Positions 26,536 to 37,109 of a stretch of 64,000 bases of DNA are shown piece by piece. Source of the stretch: Schmidtea nova (lineage: Eukaryota); contig CM097882.1 of the NCBI GenBank assembly GCA_044892505.1, positions 531,278,001-531,342,000 of the forward strand, read 5' to 3'. A program made the position numbers and the translations under genes. Each line of letters opens with the position of its first letter. Position 1 is the stretch's first letter. The notes below the pieces were generated by a model that made no database searches, was not told the origin of the DNA, and saw only the letters and a list, made by a program, of their open reading frames with translations.

Positions 26536-28084
26536 GTAATTTTAATTAATTATTTTTTGGTTATTTAATAAAAATAAAGTTAATATCTAAATATTTGAGA
26601 TTGATCAAAATTCCACTGGTAAAGAAAATACTAGAAACTTACATTAATTGTTAAACATTTGAGTCATAAATTGAAATAAAAGTAAAATATATGTAACGTT
26701 TTTGTAAATATATTATGAATACAACTTTTTTCTTATTTCTAACAAAAACACAAAATTTTTAGATTAACCTATACTCATCATTTGCAATGTAGTGGAAAAA
26801 TATTAAAACAAACTAATATTTACAATACATCTCCTCTAAATGCTTCCGAAACTTAAATTTAAAGATGAATATCTGTGATGTGTCTCGTATTTGTGGTGCC
26901 ATTACACTCAACTAAATATCGGAATTCCGTTTTTGGTTTGACTATTTTCCTGGCATCTATTGTTGATCGCAATTGGCGATTTGACTTGGTCTTACACAAA
27001 CATTATCTACCACTTCAAATTTGACGTTTTCTGATTTACAGTGTTTTCTATTATCCTTTGATCATTATTTATTTCTCATCATTTTTTTAATATTATTTCT
27101 TGGAAAGCATCATATAATCGAGTGTTTATCGATTAGAAATGCTGTTATATTGCACTTTAAATTGGTATTAATTTTTCTAAATACCTTGATGAAATCAATT
27201 TTCCTCATTTTCTTAAACTAAAAACTATGAGTATTTAAACTTGAATTTTTTGTGTGACAACTAATCAAAATCATGCACTTGTATTGCAATGTCTTTGTAT
27301 GCCTTGCACTTGAATTGTAATTACTGTAAAACATACTATTAGTTGTAATGTTTATAATCTCGTGTGGTGACAAAATCCCGAATCTGGAACACAGTTGTGA
27401 CTTAATGTCGAATTTTGTTTTGACAACATTACGTCGAAAATAAAAAGTACAAAGTCTGAAAATTTATTCATTTCTCATCCCATTAAGTTATTTAAATGCA
27501 GATGTTTAAGATACATAAAAGATTTAGGGGTTTGACGTGTTTGGAAATACAGGTTTTAAAAATAATACCTTATTTAAAAATTCGGGATATTGTCATTTTT
27601 GTAATTCGTCCTTTTTGTTTATGTATGTGTGATTTTATTTTTACTGATTAAAATTAAAACAAAAAAAGACCAAATTATTAAGTAAGCCTATATTAACATA
27701 AATAAAAAACTAATTAATTATCTACCATTGTCGGAAAATGATATTTTCTTAATTCCTTCATTTTATAAATTATTTGGTTTTTGAACCGGTCCTGACAAAC
27801 ATCCATTTGCAAGCACAAATTGGTCTTTGTTTGGGCTGAGTAAGTTCTTGGTCCAATGTTTCCAAGTGCTGCTTTATATTAAGATGGAGATCAATAACGA
27901 TAGATAATAATATTCGGCACGGAATTGGTTTTAGTGCACAGCATATTTACTTTTAAAGTAAATTTGGATAAAACAGTTCCATTTTGTTGATCAAGATTAT
28001 CATCAGATTTTCTAGAAAAGAAAATAAATATGATAATAATTTAATATAATTTTACCTTTTCAGTATTCATTGCATTTAATTTAG

Positions 28085-28306
28085 AAAAGTAACCTAGCTA
28101 ATATATCTGAAGAAGACTTGCCATCTGAATTTTTCCGAGTATCTTTGGAAGAATTAAAACGACAAAATTTAATTAGAAAGCAACAAATTGAAGAGTCTGG
28201 AATGCTGCTTACAAAAGCTATGAGAGAAAATATGAAAATAAGAGATAAAAGGAAGTATCGATACGTACTAATTCGTATTGTTTTCCCAAATAATTGGGTT
28301 ATACAA
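28085..28306 (+). CDS. UBXN6: UBXN6 exon 4 (start of UBX domain)
   Basis: atttag|KSNLANISEEDLPSEFFRVSLEELKRQ...LLTKAMRE...RKYRYVLIRIVFPNNWVIQ|gtaaac matches the UBXN6 segment LPGDFF...LRTKAMRE...KYNYTLLRVRLPDGCLLQ. Phase 0/0. Confidence 0.9.
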
Positions 28307-28479
28307 GTAAACTTATCTTATTCATTTTTTCTCATTAATTGCATTGCGTGTTTATCGATATTATTATTGTCTTCTAGAAACTATTTTCTTTTTCTCTCTG
28401 AACTTTAGTGAAAATTAGTATATTAAATTCAAATTTACTGTCAAAATTATAGTTTATTCTTAAACATTCCTTAGTTATT

Positions 28480-28960
28480 TGAGCTTGTATGCGAGGTTCC
28501 AAATTACCACCAGTCCTTATTTTCTGATTTGTGTACACCTCTAATCCATTTTAATTTTTGATACATGATCGGATAGATTGCTAAAGATTTGCCGCTTGTA
28601 AAACTTGGCCACATCACAAACATAATTTGAAGAAATTGATAAAATCAAAAAATTCACAACTATTTTTCACCGAAACGATACTATACGAATTAGGAATGTG
28701 CAAATGATATAATCGAGCACCTGATTCCGGATCAGGATTCATACAATCTGATATCTGGCAATACTTAAATCTTACACGTTTTAACTGTGTATCACAATCG
28801 AAAATCTGGAATGGTTCATTCACCAGTAGTAACACTCCAAAATCCAATAATTAGCGATTAAGTTGCATACTAGCATATTTCAATTGGAACCACATCAAAC
28901 GAGGTTAGAAAATCACTCATAGTACCTGTAATTTCTGTCGGTGAGGGTTAGATTCGTCGA
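28480..28960 (-). mobile_element. Degenerate non-LTR (CR1/L2-like) RT relic
   Basis: DFLTSFDVVP resembles DFSKAFDVVP; YVCDVAKFYK resembles LFADDAKLY. Many stops. Confidence 0.45.
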
Positions 28961-29264
28961 CAATGGAAGTCAAAAAAATCGTCTCCATCAAAAAAGTATT
29001 AATTGGTTAAAATCGTTGCCAAAGTTGAAACCCAAAAAAACTTCGAAACTGTAGCACAAAAATAGTCAACAATATTAAATCCCCAAAAATTACAAAACAT
29101 TGCCAAAAATAATAAAAAATTTACGTTAGTTAATTGGGGGATTTTGTTACTGTAGTAGGTAGTTGTAGAGACTAATAAACTGAGAAAAAATATCAACGAA
29201 ACATAATCTGATTTCATAACTGAAATAACAAAACTGGGGTTAATACTAATATAAATTTTATTAA

Positions 29265-29500
29265 CCCGTTATCTGCTAGCGTGTCCATGTGGAAACGGTA
29301 AAATTGGTTTGTATTATCACATTCAAACACAATTATAACCTGTATTCTACTAGCGTTGCCATACGGACACATGCCTTATCTAAGAAATCAGTTCACAGGT
29401 TGCAACCAAAAGTTGAATTTACGATAATAAGGGTTTTTAAGTTAAGTTTTTTTTAATTTGAACAATTTTGGTTGAATTTTTTATTCTGGGAGATAAAGGG
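29265..29500. mobile_element. piggyBac-type MITE
   Basis: TTAA-CCCGTTATCTGCTAG...CTGGGAGATAAAGGG-TTAA. Confidence 0.75.
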
Positions 29501-29512
29501 TTAATTAAGAAA

Positions 29513-31065
29513 TGTATCCATGCTGCGATCCTCTTGTGCTAATTGAATTCTATCTTGATTTGCATTTTGTTTTTCGAATTTGTGCCAGTGTCTTTGGTTA
29601 TTCAAACAACTCTACTTTTTATATACTATATATTGAATTTATATATTTATTTATATATATTTATATTTATATTTATATTTATATATTTATATACTACAAT
29701 AGCCCCCGCAAAAGTACGCGGAGCATACGGGAAAAGAACAAAACGATATTCAAATAAAAAAAACCTGGAAGGCGAAACTCAATTGTTTTTGTACAGGAGA
29801 GCAGTATGTGTGTACCGTTCGCAGCTAGGGGAGGATGAGTAATGTGTGTCTACGATGAAGGTGGTAGGTAGTATTGAAATAGTACTGTGGAGAGGGTAGC
29901 GGTTGTTTCTGAGATGGTGCTTCCTGGTGGAGTTGATCGTATGTGCGTTGGACGTGGTTGGTTGTGAGAAAGAGAATTCACTGGCGGGAAGTCATCGAAG
30001 CGTTCAGAAATATCCGATGACTTGATTAGTTTTTTAGCGGACGGTTGTCGTTTGTGCGCCATGTTTATCCGTCGAGGCACGATCTGGCATTGTTCTTGAA
30101 GAGGTTATGATGGATACATACTGATATGATTGGACTTTGATGGAAGTGAAATTCTGACTAGCAACCCATGCAGTATTTCTGTACATCATGTCTAAATCTG
30201 CTATGATAAAAGCAGATTAGCAGGGCATTATTATTGGGTTTTATGTTTTGTGCGCGTGTTGTTGGTAGGTGATTGTGATGTTGGGTGTTATGTGATGGAG
30301 GTGTATAGGTTGAGTTAACGGAGATTAGTAGAGGTGCTGCCTAAATATATGCACGTGGTTTACGTAGTTGGAGTGCGTGAATGCGGTCACTGATCTTAGT
30401 GAGGTGATATGGGTCTACAGAGTCTATCAATGCCAGCGAAGTTTGTAGATGGTAGGGGTACTGCCGCGTCGTTTGAACGAACTATCTCTGCTAAAAAGAG
30501 GCTAGGCTGTTGGCCTGAGTAAATCTGTGGTGCCAATAGTTTTTGCAGAGCTTGGGTCTGTGAAGAAGTGTATTTGGTTGTATTTAGGCTTTCATATTGA
30601 TCCCCTGTGTCAATTTTCGGGGCTAGTCCTGCTATCAATTTGGAAGGTAAACTATCGAGGAGGTAATATGCTCGTGATTTTTGAGAGGAAGACGTACACT
30701 CTTCAAAGACCCGAAACCACGAAGAAGGTGTACCGTCCGGGTCCAGAAAAAACAGAATGGAGCGGAATCCGGATGATGAAAAGGATTCTGCTGCAGGACT
30801 AACACCCCCTAGGATGCGACAAAGGGATGTCTAAGATTGAATTTGGTAGGACCTCAGTGATTGAGAAAACTCGGAACCCGTTTCATGACATGTAAAAGAA
30901 TGTCTCGTCGATGTGCAGAGGCGCCGATATCTGTGTGTAAATCCGTGTTAACGATGACTTCGCGTATTTTGTTATTAAAGTGCGTCAAGACAGAGGTTGG
31001 GGAAGGTAATCCGGTAGGGTAGGGGGAGTAATTTGTAGTCTGAGCGTGGAAAAGCGATGGGATAA
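29513..31065 (-). mobile_element. Gypsy element B: gag relic (DUF7041-like) with PPT and 186-bp 3' LTR, no pol
   Basis: GDQYESL..TSSQTQALQKLLAPQIYSGQQPSLFL and the knuckle CIHHNLFKNNARSCLDG* (30118-30065). GGGGG tract precedes LTR TGTAG...GATACA (29698-29513). Confidence 0.7.
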
Positions 31066-31069
31066 CTTG

Positions 31070-32427
31070 TCTATCTGCGAAATCAATATTGATTATTCCA
31101 TCACTATCCCAAAAAATCGAGAGAATCAAATTTCGACGCGGAATGGTTCCAGATTTCAGCTTCTTTGTCGGCTTTTCATCTAGAAACTTCCATTCTGCTG
31201 AAGATCTTTTACTTTCTGGAATATAAAGGCTTAGTGATGTCTCGTCTTCCGTTATAATGTTTTTCAAAAATGACTCACCATGTTCCTCGAACAGTGCAAG
31301 ATTGTGTTCACAAATCATTAGCCTTTTTTCACACAATTCAACTGATAAAAAATAAGGAACAAACCTGCTGCACAACTTCCGCACACCCATCTCTTATCAT
31401 TTCATGACACTTACCGACACTGACATTGACCTCCTTCGCCAAATTTTTTACTGTAATCCTTCGTTCGTCTTTAATTAACGATTCAATCTGATTTTTCTTT
31501 CTGTCTTCATCAATTTCAATCGGTCTTCCTTGTTTTGATTCATCAATAACTGACATTCTTCCACTTTTGAATTCACTAATCCAATAATAAATAGTTCTAT
31601 CACATGGACCAGGGGTGGGGAACCTTTTCATTTCAAAAGGCCACATTCACTTATCTGATTTAACATAAGGCCGCAGTAAATAAAACGTTGACCCCCCTAT
31701 AAACTATTTATTTTAATTCACATTATTAATTAGACAAAACGCAATTTAAAATAATCTTTTATGAAAAAAATATATATTTACAAATCTAATTTATTATATT
31801 GTATATTGTTAAAAAAATGTTATACATACATAAAACATAATACATATACACATTGTACATCATTAAAAATATTTGTTAATGTTTCATTTTATCAACTTTT
31901 AATGGCTTATTTGCTTCTGCTTTTTGTTAGAAAGCATTTGAATATTCGGTTCAAGCATAGACGTTCGCAGTATCAGTTGGTCTTCTAAATGTTGATCAGT
32001 TATTTGAATTCGTAATTTTACTTAAAACAAAAGGTAGTATGTTTTTTCCGTAATTTATTCTCATCATAAATCTTATCAAATACAAAAAAATCGGTATTAC
32101 TCAAAAAGGCCGCACTAGAATAGCAAAAAGGCCGCGGGTTCCCCACCTCTGACATGGACAGTCTTCTTTATACGTCTCTTGGAGCATTGCTAATATCTCT
32201 AATCTTGAAGCCTCGGGCATTACAAAAAACTTAATCACCGACCGATATTCAATGCTTAAAATTGCCATATTTTGAATGATTAAATATTTGCTCTAAACAA
32301 ATATTGGTTAAATAAAACAAAATGAAGATTTCTAACCTTTTATAAATTCTCTACAACGGAAACATAAAGTTATTATAATATCTCTTATTTTTGATATCGA
32401 GTGCAGGTACTTCGTGAACCAACCACG
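31070..32427 (-). mobile_element. Mariner element, 3'-truncated, interrupted by a MITE
   Basis: TIR TA|CGTGGTTGGTTCA at 32427. ATG at 32268: MAILSIEYRSVIKFF...PCDRTIYYWISEFKSG...GRP...KLCSRFVP...IITEDETS...LILSIFWD. Confidence 0.9.
31610..32151. mobile_element. hAT MITE (542 bp) inserted in the mariner transposase
   Basis: TIR CAGGGGTGGGGAACC / GGTTCCCCACCTCTG; perfect 8-bp TSD ACATGGAC (31602-31609, 32152-32159). Confidence 0.95.
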
Positions 32428-32451
32428 TAATTTGGTTTTTTAATATATTTT

Positions 32452-32850
32452 GTGATCGAATGGGTTTTTGGAAATTGGATGGTAATTATATGGGTTTTTG
32501 AGCGGAATTTTAAAAAGTTTCTTTGTTCATTGGAATTAAAAACGCATGTGGACATTTTTTGTGCTATTTTGGATAGATTTGTGATTTTCTCAATAAATTA
32601 TAATGATCTTGAGTTCCGTGAATTTTCCGTTTTTTATTCGACTGAGTTCGAGTTTTCACGATGCGAGCAATTGGTATTTGGTACTAAAATTCATGCCCAG
32701 TGGCGGTCTATTTACATTGTTGAGAAGTCATTTGTGGTTACTAGAAAGCACCGCTCGGTTCTATGCCGGTCAAATCCTGTTGGCGCTGGAATATTTAGAA
32801 TGTCTAAATGTTGCCGATGATTTTTCGAAATTGAAAAATCACAGAAAATC
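32452..32850 (+). pseudogene. PKA catalytic subunit-like (AGC kinase) fragment
   Basis: ILSSVNFPFFIRLSSSFHDASNWYLVLKFMPSGGLFTLLR...ARFYAGQILLALEYL matches PKA-C subdomains IV-VIa. The YRDLKPEN loop is missing. Confidence 0.75.
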
Positions 32851-33280
32851 ATGGAATCCGATAATTGTATTAATTCTGATCAATCGCACTCGGCCGGGGT
32901 CAACCACCACTCGTAGTTGCATTGTAATCCAATCCAAGTAAAATGGTAATTCATTACAAGCTCTGCCGTTAGAAACAACTCAGCAAACAATTCTAGTTGA
33001 TCGAAATCGATTTCTGAACGCTTTAGTTTAGTTGGTTATTCAAACAACTCNNNNNNNNNNNNNNNNNNNNNNNNNNNNNNNNNNNNNNNNNNNNNNNNNN
33101 NNNNNNNNNNNNNNNNNNNNNNNNNNNNNNNNNNNNNNNNNNNNNNNNNNNNNNNNNNNNNNNNNNNNNNNNNNNNNNNNNNNNNNNNNNNNNNNNNNNN
33201 NNNNNNNNNNNNNNNNNNNNNNNNNNNNNNNNNNNNNNNNNNNNNNNNNNNNNNNNNNNNNNNNNNNNNNNNNNNNNNNC

Positions 33281-33485
33281 TGCTGCAGGACTAACACCCC
33301 CTAGGATGCGACAAAGGGATGTCTAAGATTGAATTTGGTAGGACCTCAGTGATTGAGAAAACTCGGAACCCGTTTCATGACATGTAAAAGAATGTCTCGT
33401 CGATGTGCAGAGGCGCCGATATCTGTGTGTAAATCCGTGTTAACGATGACTTCGCGTATTTTGTTATTAAAGTGCGTCAAGACAG

Positions 33486-33488
<3 letters not shown>
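33281..33488 (-). repeat. 208-bp copy of element B gag segment 30789-30996 beside an N-gap
   Basis: Identical as far as read by eye; ends at a (TA)n run. Confidence 0.9.
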
Positions 33489-33523
<35 letters not shown>

Positions 33524-33883
33524 ACACCCAAAAATAATTAGCCAATTGCAAATACAAAACTTAATTAATTAATATAAACCTTATTTTATATTATAATTAT
33601 CGATTGTTTACTTTACTATCGATATTTGTCGATAATATCCCATCACTAGTTCGAACCTTACTTGAAATATTACAGTTATATTATTAATGATATGGCATCA
33701 TATTTTTAATGATTACTACAAAATATTTATATAAAAAATAATGTGCTGCAAATCTAGAAAAAATTGTATTGTTATTTAATGATTTTAAAAGTTTTATAAT
33801 AATTGAAAATCTATAATAATAAATAATTCCATTCAATTAAGAAAAAATTAAAAACATAAGAAATTTATTAATTAAAAGTAAAT

Positions 33884-34561
33884 CTATTCTGTTGTCACTG
33901 GGAATTTCGGTGGACTTTTGAATCGAGGAAAATGTAACTTTAAGTGAGTGAGAATGTTGCTCATTATCGCATAATATTCTCTTGAAAATGAAAATTTTAT
34001 TTTTTTAGACTTTTTTTTTGATTCTCTGCACAGATGACAATAGAACAAACCTGAAATTACTTTGTCATTTTCATTTTTATAAATATCAAAATCAAAATGC
34101 GTTTCTGGAAAATTGATGCCTTTAAACTTTTTTTCAACTCTTTTTATAATACTTTTTCTCATCTTTTTTAATATTTCTTCTTTTGTATTTGGGTTTTTTA
34201 AAGAATTTATATGGTATTTTTTTCCACAGTCCTCGAATTCCGAAAACCATGAAGACGTATTTAGTGTTGTGTTTCCAGATATTTGATTTTTCAGATAGTC
34301 GACAGCTAGTATGATATTAAAACGCAATCCCGGAGAAAATAAAATTTTATTTTGTATATAATAAATTTGTTCTCCATTAAATTCTATGGAATTTGGTTGA
34401 TTAGCAAGTAATTTGGAACAATAATCCTCAATGCAATACAAATTTTCATTGGTCAATTCTAAGAAGTCTTCTAATTCTGTGATGTTACATATTTCAAACA
34501 ATTTGATTAATTTCTCACATTTAGTATGGTCTATCAAAATTTCTCTGCAATATTCTTCCAT
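33884..34561 (-). CDS. Intronless 225-aa hypothetical protein, SAM-like N-terminus and atypical C2H2/BED-like finger
   Basis: Uninterrupted ATG-to-stop ORF in very AT-rich DNA. LIKLFEICNITELEDFLELT...FSPGLR; CHLC-x25-SNILTHLKLH. Confidence 0.6.
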   Translation of the reverse strand: MEEYCREILIDHTKCEKLIKLFEICNITELEDFLELTNENLYCIEDYCSKLLANQPNSIEFNGEQIYYIQNKILFSPGLRFNIILAVDYLKNQISGNTTLNTSSWFSEFEDCGKKYHINSLKNPNTKEEILKKMRKSIIKRVEKKFKGINFPETHFDFDIYKNENDKVISGLFYCHLCRESKKKSKKIKFSFSREYYAIMSNILTHLKLHFPRFKSPPKFPVTTE

Positions 34562-35999
34562 TTTTTATTAAATTATTTTTTTAATTTATAATTTAAACAA
34601 AATTTTTAATTTATTTTTTCATGTTGGAAATTTGAATAAGTTTAAAAATTTTTTTAATTAATATTTAATAAAAATGAATTTTTCATAACTGATAGAAATT
34701 TAAAAATTTTATGTGAAAGAGCTGAATAAAATGTTTTAAAATTTAGTAATAAATTATGTGCATTACAATGAAATATTAAGTAATAAATATCTAAATTTTT
34801 ATAATTTTGTAAAAATTTTTTATAAATCTTGCATTATAGTTGGAATTTAATGAATATATATTCATTTAATTTATGATAAATCCAGTTAATTTTTTTTAAT
34901 ATTATTATTTTTGAATTATTTAATTTACAATTTATTTTTTTAAAATTTTGTTTTCAATTTATTAAAACAAAAGTTAGTTTTCATGTATCCTTTAACTAAT
35001 GAAAAGAAAATTACCCGTAATTTACTTTCCAGGGTGTTCTGTGTAAATATTTTGATCCCAATCATTTTTATGACAATTCTTGATCAGTTTTATTAGATTT
35101 TTGAACTTAGAAATTTGAATTTACTTAAATTAAAAATTTTATTTGCTCACTGAATACATAATTTATAAATAATATATTTCTGACGTTTAAATTTTATATT
35201 AACCGAGNNNNNNNNNNNNNNNNNNNNNNNNNNNNNNNNNNNNNNNNNNNNNNNNNNNNNNNNNNNNNNNNNNNNNNNNNNNNNNNNNNNNNNNNNNNNN
35301 NNNNNNNNNNNNNNNNNNNNNNNNNNNNNNNNNNNNNNNNNNNNNNNNNNNNNNNNNNNNNNNNNNNNNNNNNNNNNNNNNTTGATGTGTTTCATTCCAT
35401 TCAAATTCGTAAGATAGTTCAGCTAAATAAAGGTTTTTTGACATGAACTTACCAAGTTTTTAATATATAACGATAGATCGTTCTCCCAAAGAATTTATCA
35501 TATTTTAATTTACTATTTATTGTTGAAAATTATATTACTTATATAAAAGTTTCCAGTCAATGTACCATTTTCCAGTTTTAATAATTCACGTTAAAATATC
35601 ATGAATTTTTAAAACAGCAACTATTTTACAATTTAAAAACAAAACCACAAAATTACATTAAAATTTTATAAATCATAATTTTTAAAATCCTTCAAATATT
35701 TCAAAAAAATTAAAACAATGCGTTTTTTAATATATTTAGATTAGTAATTTGAATAATAATTATTTATATTGATTTTTAAATACAATTTTAAATTATTTAA
35801 TACCGAAACGTTATATATAAAATTACCAAATGTTCTAATGTATTCTCTCTATCTGTCGACAAATATATTAAAATATTTATTATTTATGATCCATTAACAT
35901 TAATACATTCTTGCCATCGTTGCGGCAGCTTTTCTATACGTTCTTTTAAAAAAGTCTCATATCTTAAGTCCAACAAAGTGATAACTGTCGATTTTATCT

Positions 36000-36330
36000 C
36001 CTCCAAATCTTTGAACTTCCTGCCCTTGATATAAAGCCTTAAATGTCTAAATAAGTGGAAATCAGTTGGTGATTGATCGGGTGAGTAAGGTGGATTAGGT
36101 AAAACTTCAAATCCTGTCGTGTAATTTTTACAGCGACTTTCGATACTTGAAGTCTGGCGTTATCCTGCAGGATTATTGGATCTTTTCTATTAACAATTTC
36201 AGGGTGAATAATGGTAAGTTTTTCATGCATTCTTTCTAGTTCTACACAGTATCGTTCAGAATAGATTGTTGTACCCATTTTCAGAAAACAATAATGTATT
36301 ACACCATACTTAGACCACTAGTCTGACGGT
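36000..36330 (-). mobile_element. Mariner transposase C-terminal relic
   Basis: GTTIYSERYC...IVNRKDPIILQDNAR resembles the mariner GQTINSEYYC...ILLHDNARPH segment. Confidence 0.75.
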
Positions 36331-36860
36331 TGTTTTTGAGACAGACAGGTAGATCTATAGCAAGTTCTCGAACAGATTTTGTTGAATTTTAAGCAACAGC
36401 TTCACGTAAATCTTCCTCAGGCAGCTTGATATTGGGTATACTGTGAGGCATATTTCCAGATCAATTTCTCCGTCATTTCTCCGTATCGCTCCCACAAGCA
36501 TTATTAATATTCCTCTCCACCTCAACTGGATTGTTCTTAGATTTCTAGTCATATAAATAAAGAAGTCTCAAATCATGATTTTTTAACTTGTAAATTTCTA
36601 TTTGAAAATGAAATTTATAGTAATTAAATTATTATAAATCTTACGTAATATTTGAATTTGAAATAAGCGCTTTCTAATGAACTTTAAAATAAAGAAATAC
36701 GTTTTATATAAAAAAGTTATGATGATTAAAAATTATTATCTTTTGTCGTGCGCTCTTTTGACGGGTCTCCATTAAATTTTATATGGGTAAAATATAATTA
36801 TTATTTTCGACGTTTATTACTCTTTGTAAAATGGTAATTGGAATTTCTCCATATTGGTAG

Positions 36861-37109
36861 GGAACATTTATGGTGAACAATAAATTGGAAGATGTCATGC
36901 TATGGGTTCGTGATTGTCTAAAGGTTAATTATTCATTCTTTCTCTCAGTGCCGCCTATAATCAGAAAAATAACGGATTTCGATCAAACCATTGTTGATGC
37001 AGGATTAGCTCCATGTTCGACAATTCGTGTTACATTCGATGATATTGCTGCCAATGAATGTCACGATAAAGATTTCAATTATTATTTGAAGGATCATTTA
37101 TTAACATAA
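36861..37109 (+). CDS. UBXN6: UBXN6 exon 5 (rest of UBX domain, stop codon)
   Basis: ggtag|GTFMVNNKLEDVMLWVRDCL...DAGLAPCSTIRVTFD...HLLT* corresponds to GTFYARERLGAVYGFVREAL...CGLVPSA. The five exons sum to 1353 nt = 450 aa plus stop. Confidence 0.9.
   Translation, partial: GTFMVNNKLEDVMLWVRDCLKVNYSFFLSVPPIIRKITDFDQTIVDAGLAPCSTIRVTFDDIAANECHDKDFNYYLKDHLLT

Noticed and set aside
26860-27010. BED-finger-like peptide (CNGTTNTRHI, - strand)
   Set aside because: Short, lacks the first Cys pair and has no supporting context.
30854-31390. 178-aa ORF as a novel fusion protein
   Set aside because: It is a chance in-frame junction of a truncated mariner and a gag relic; its true start is disrupted by a frameshift and a MITE.
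33032-33304. ORFs spanning N runs (also 35147-35444)
   Set aside because: Artefacts of assembly gaps.
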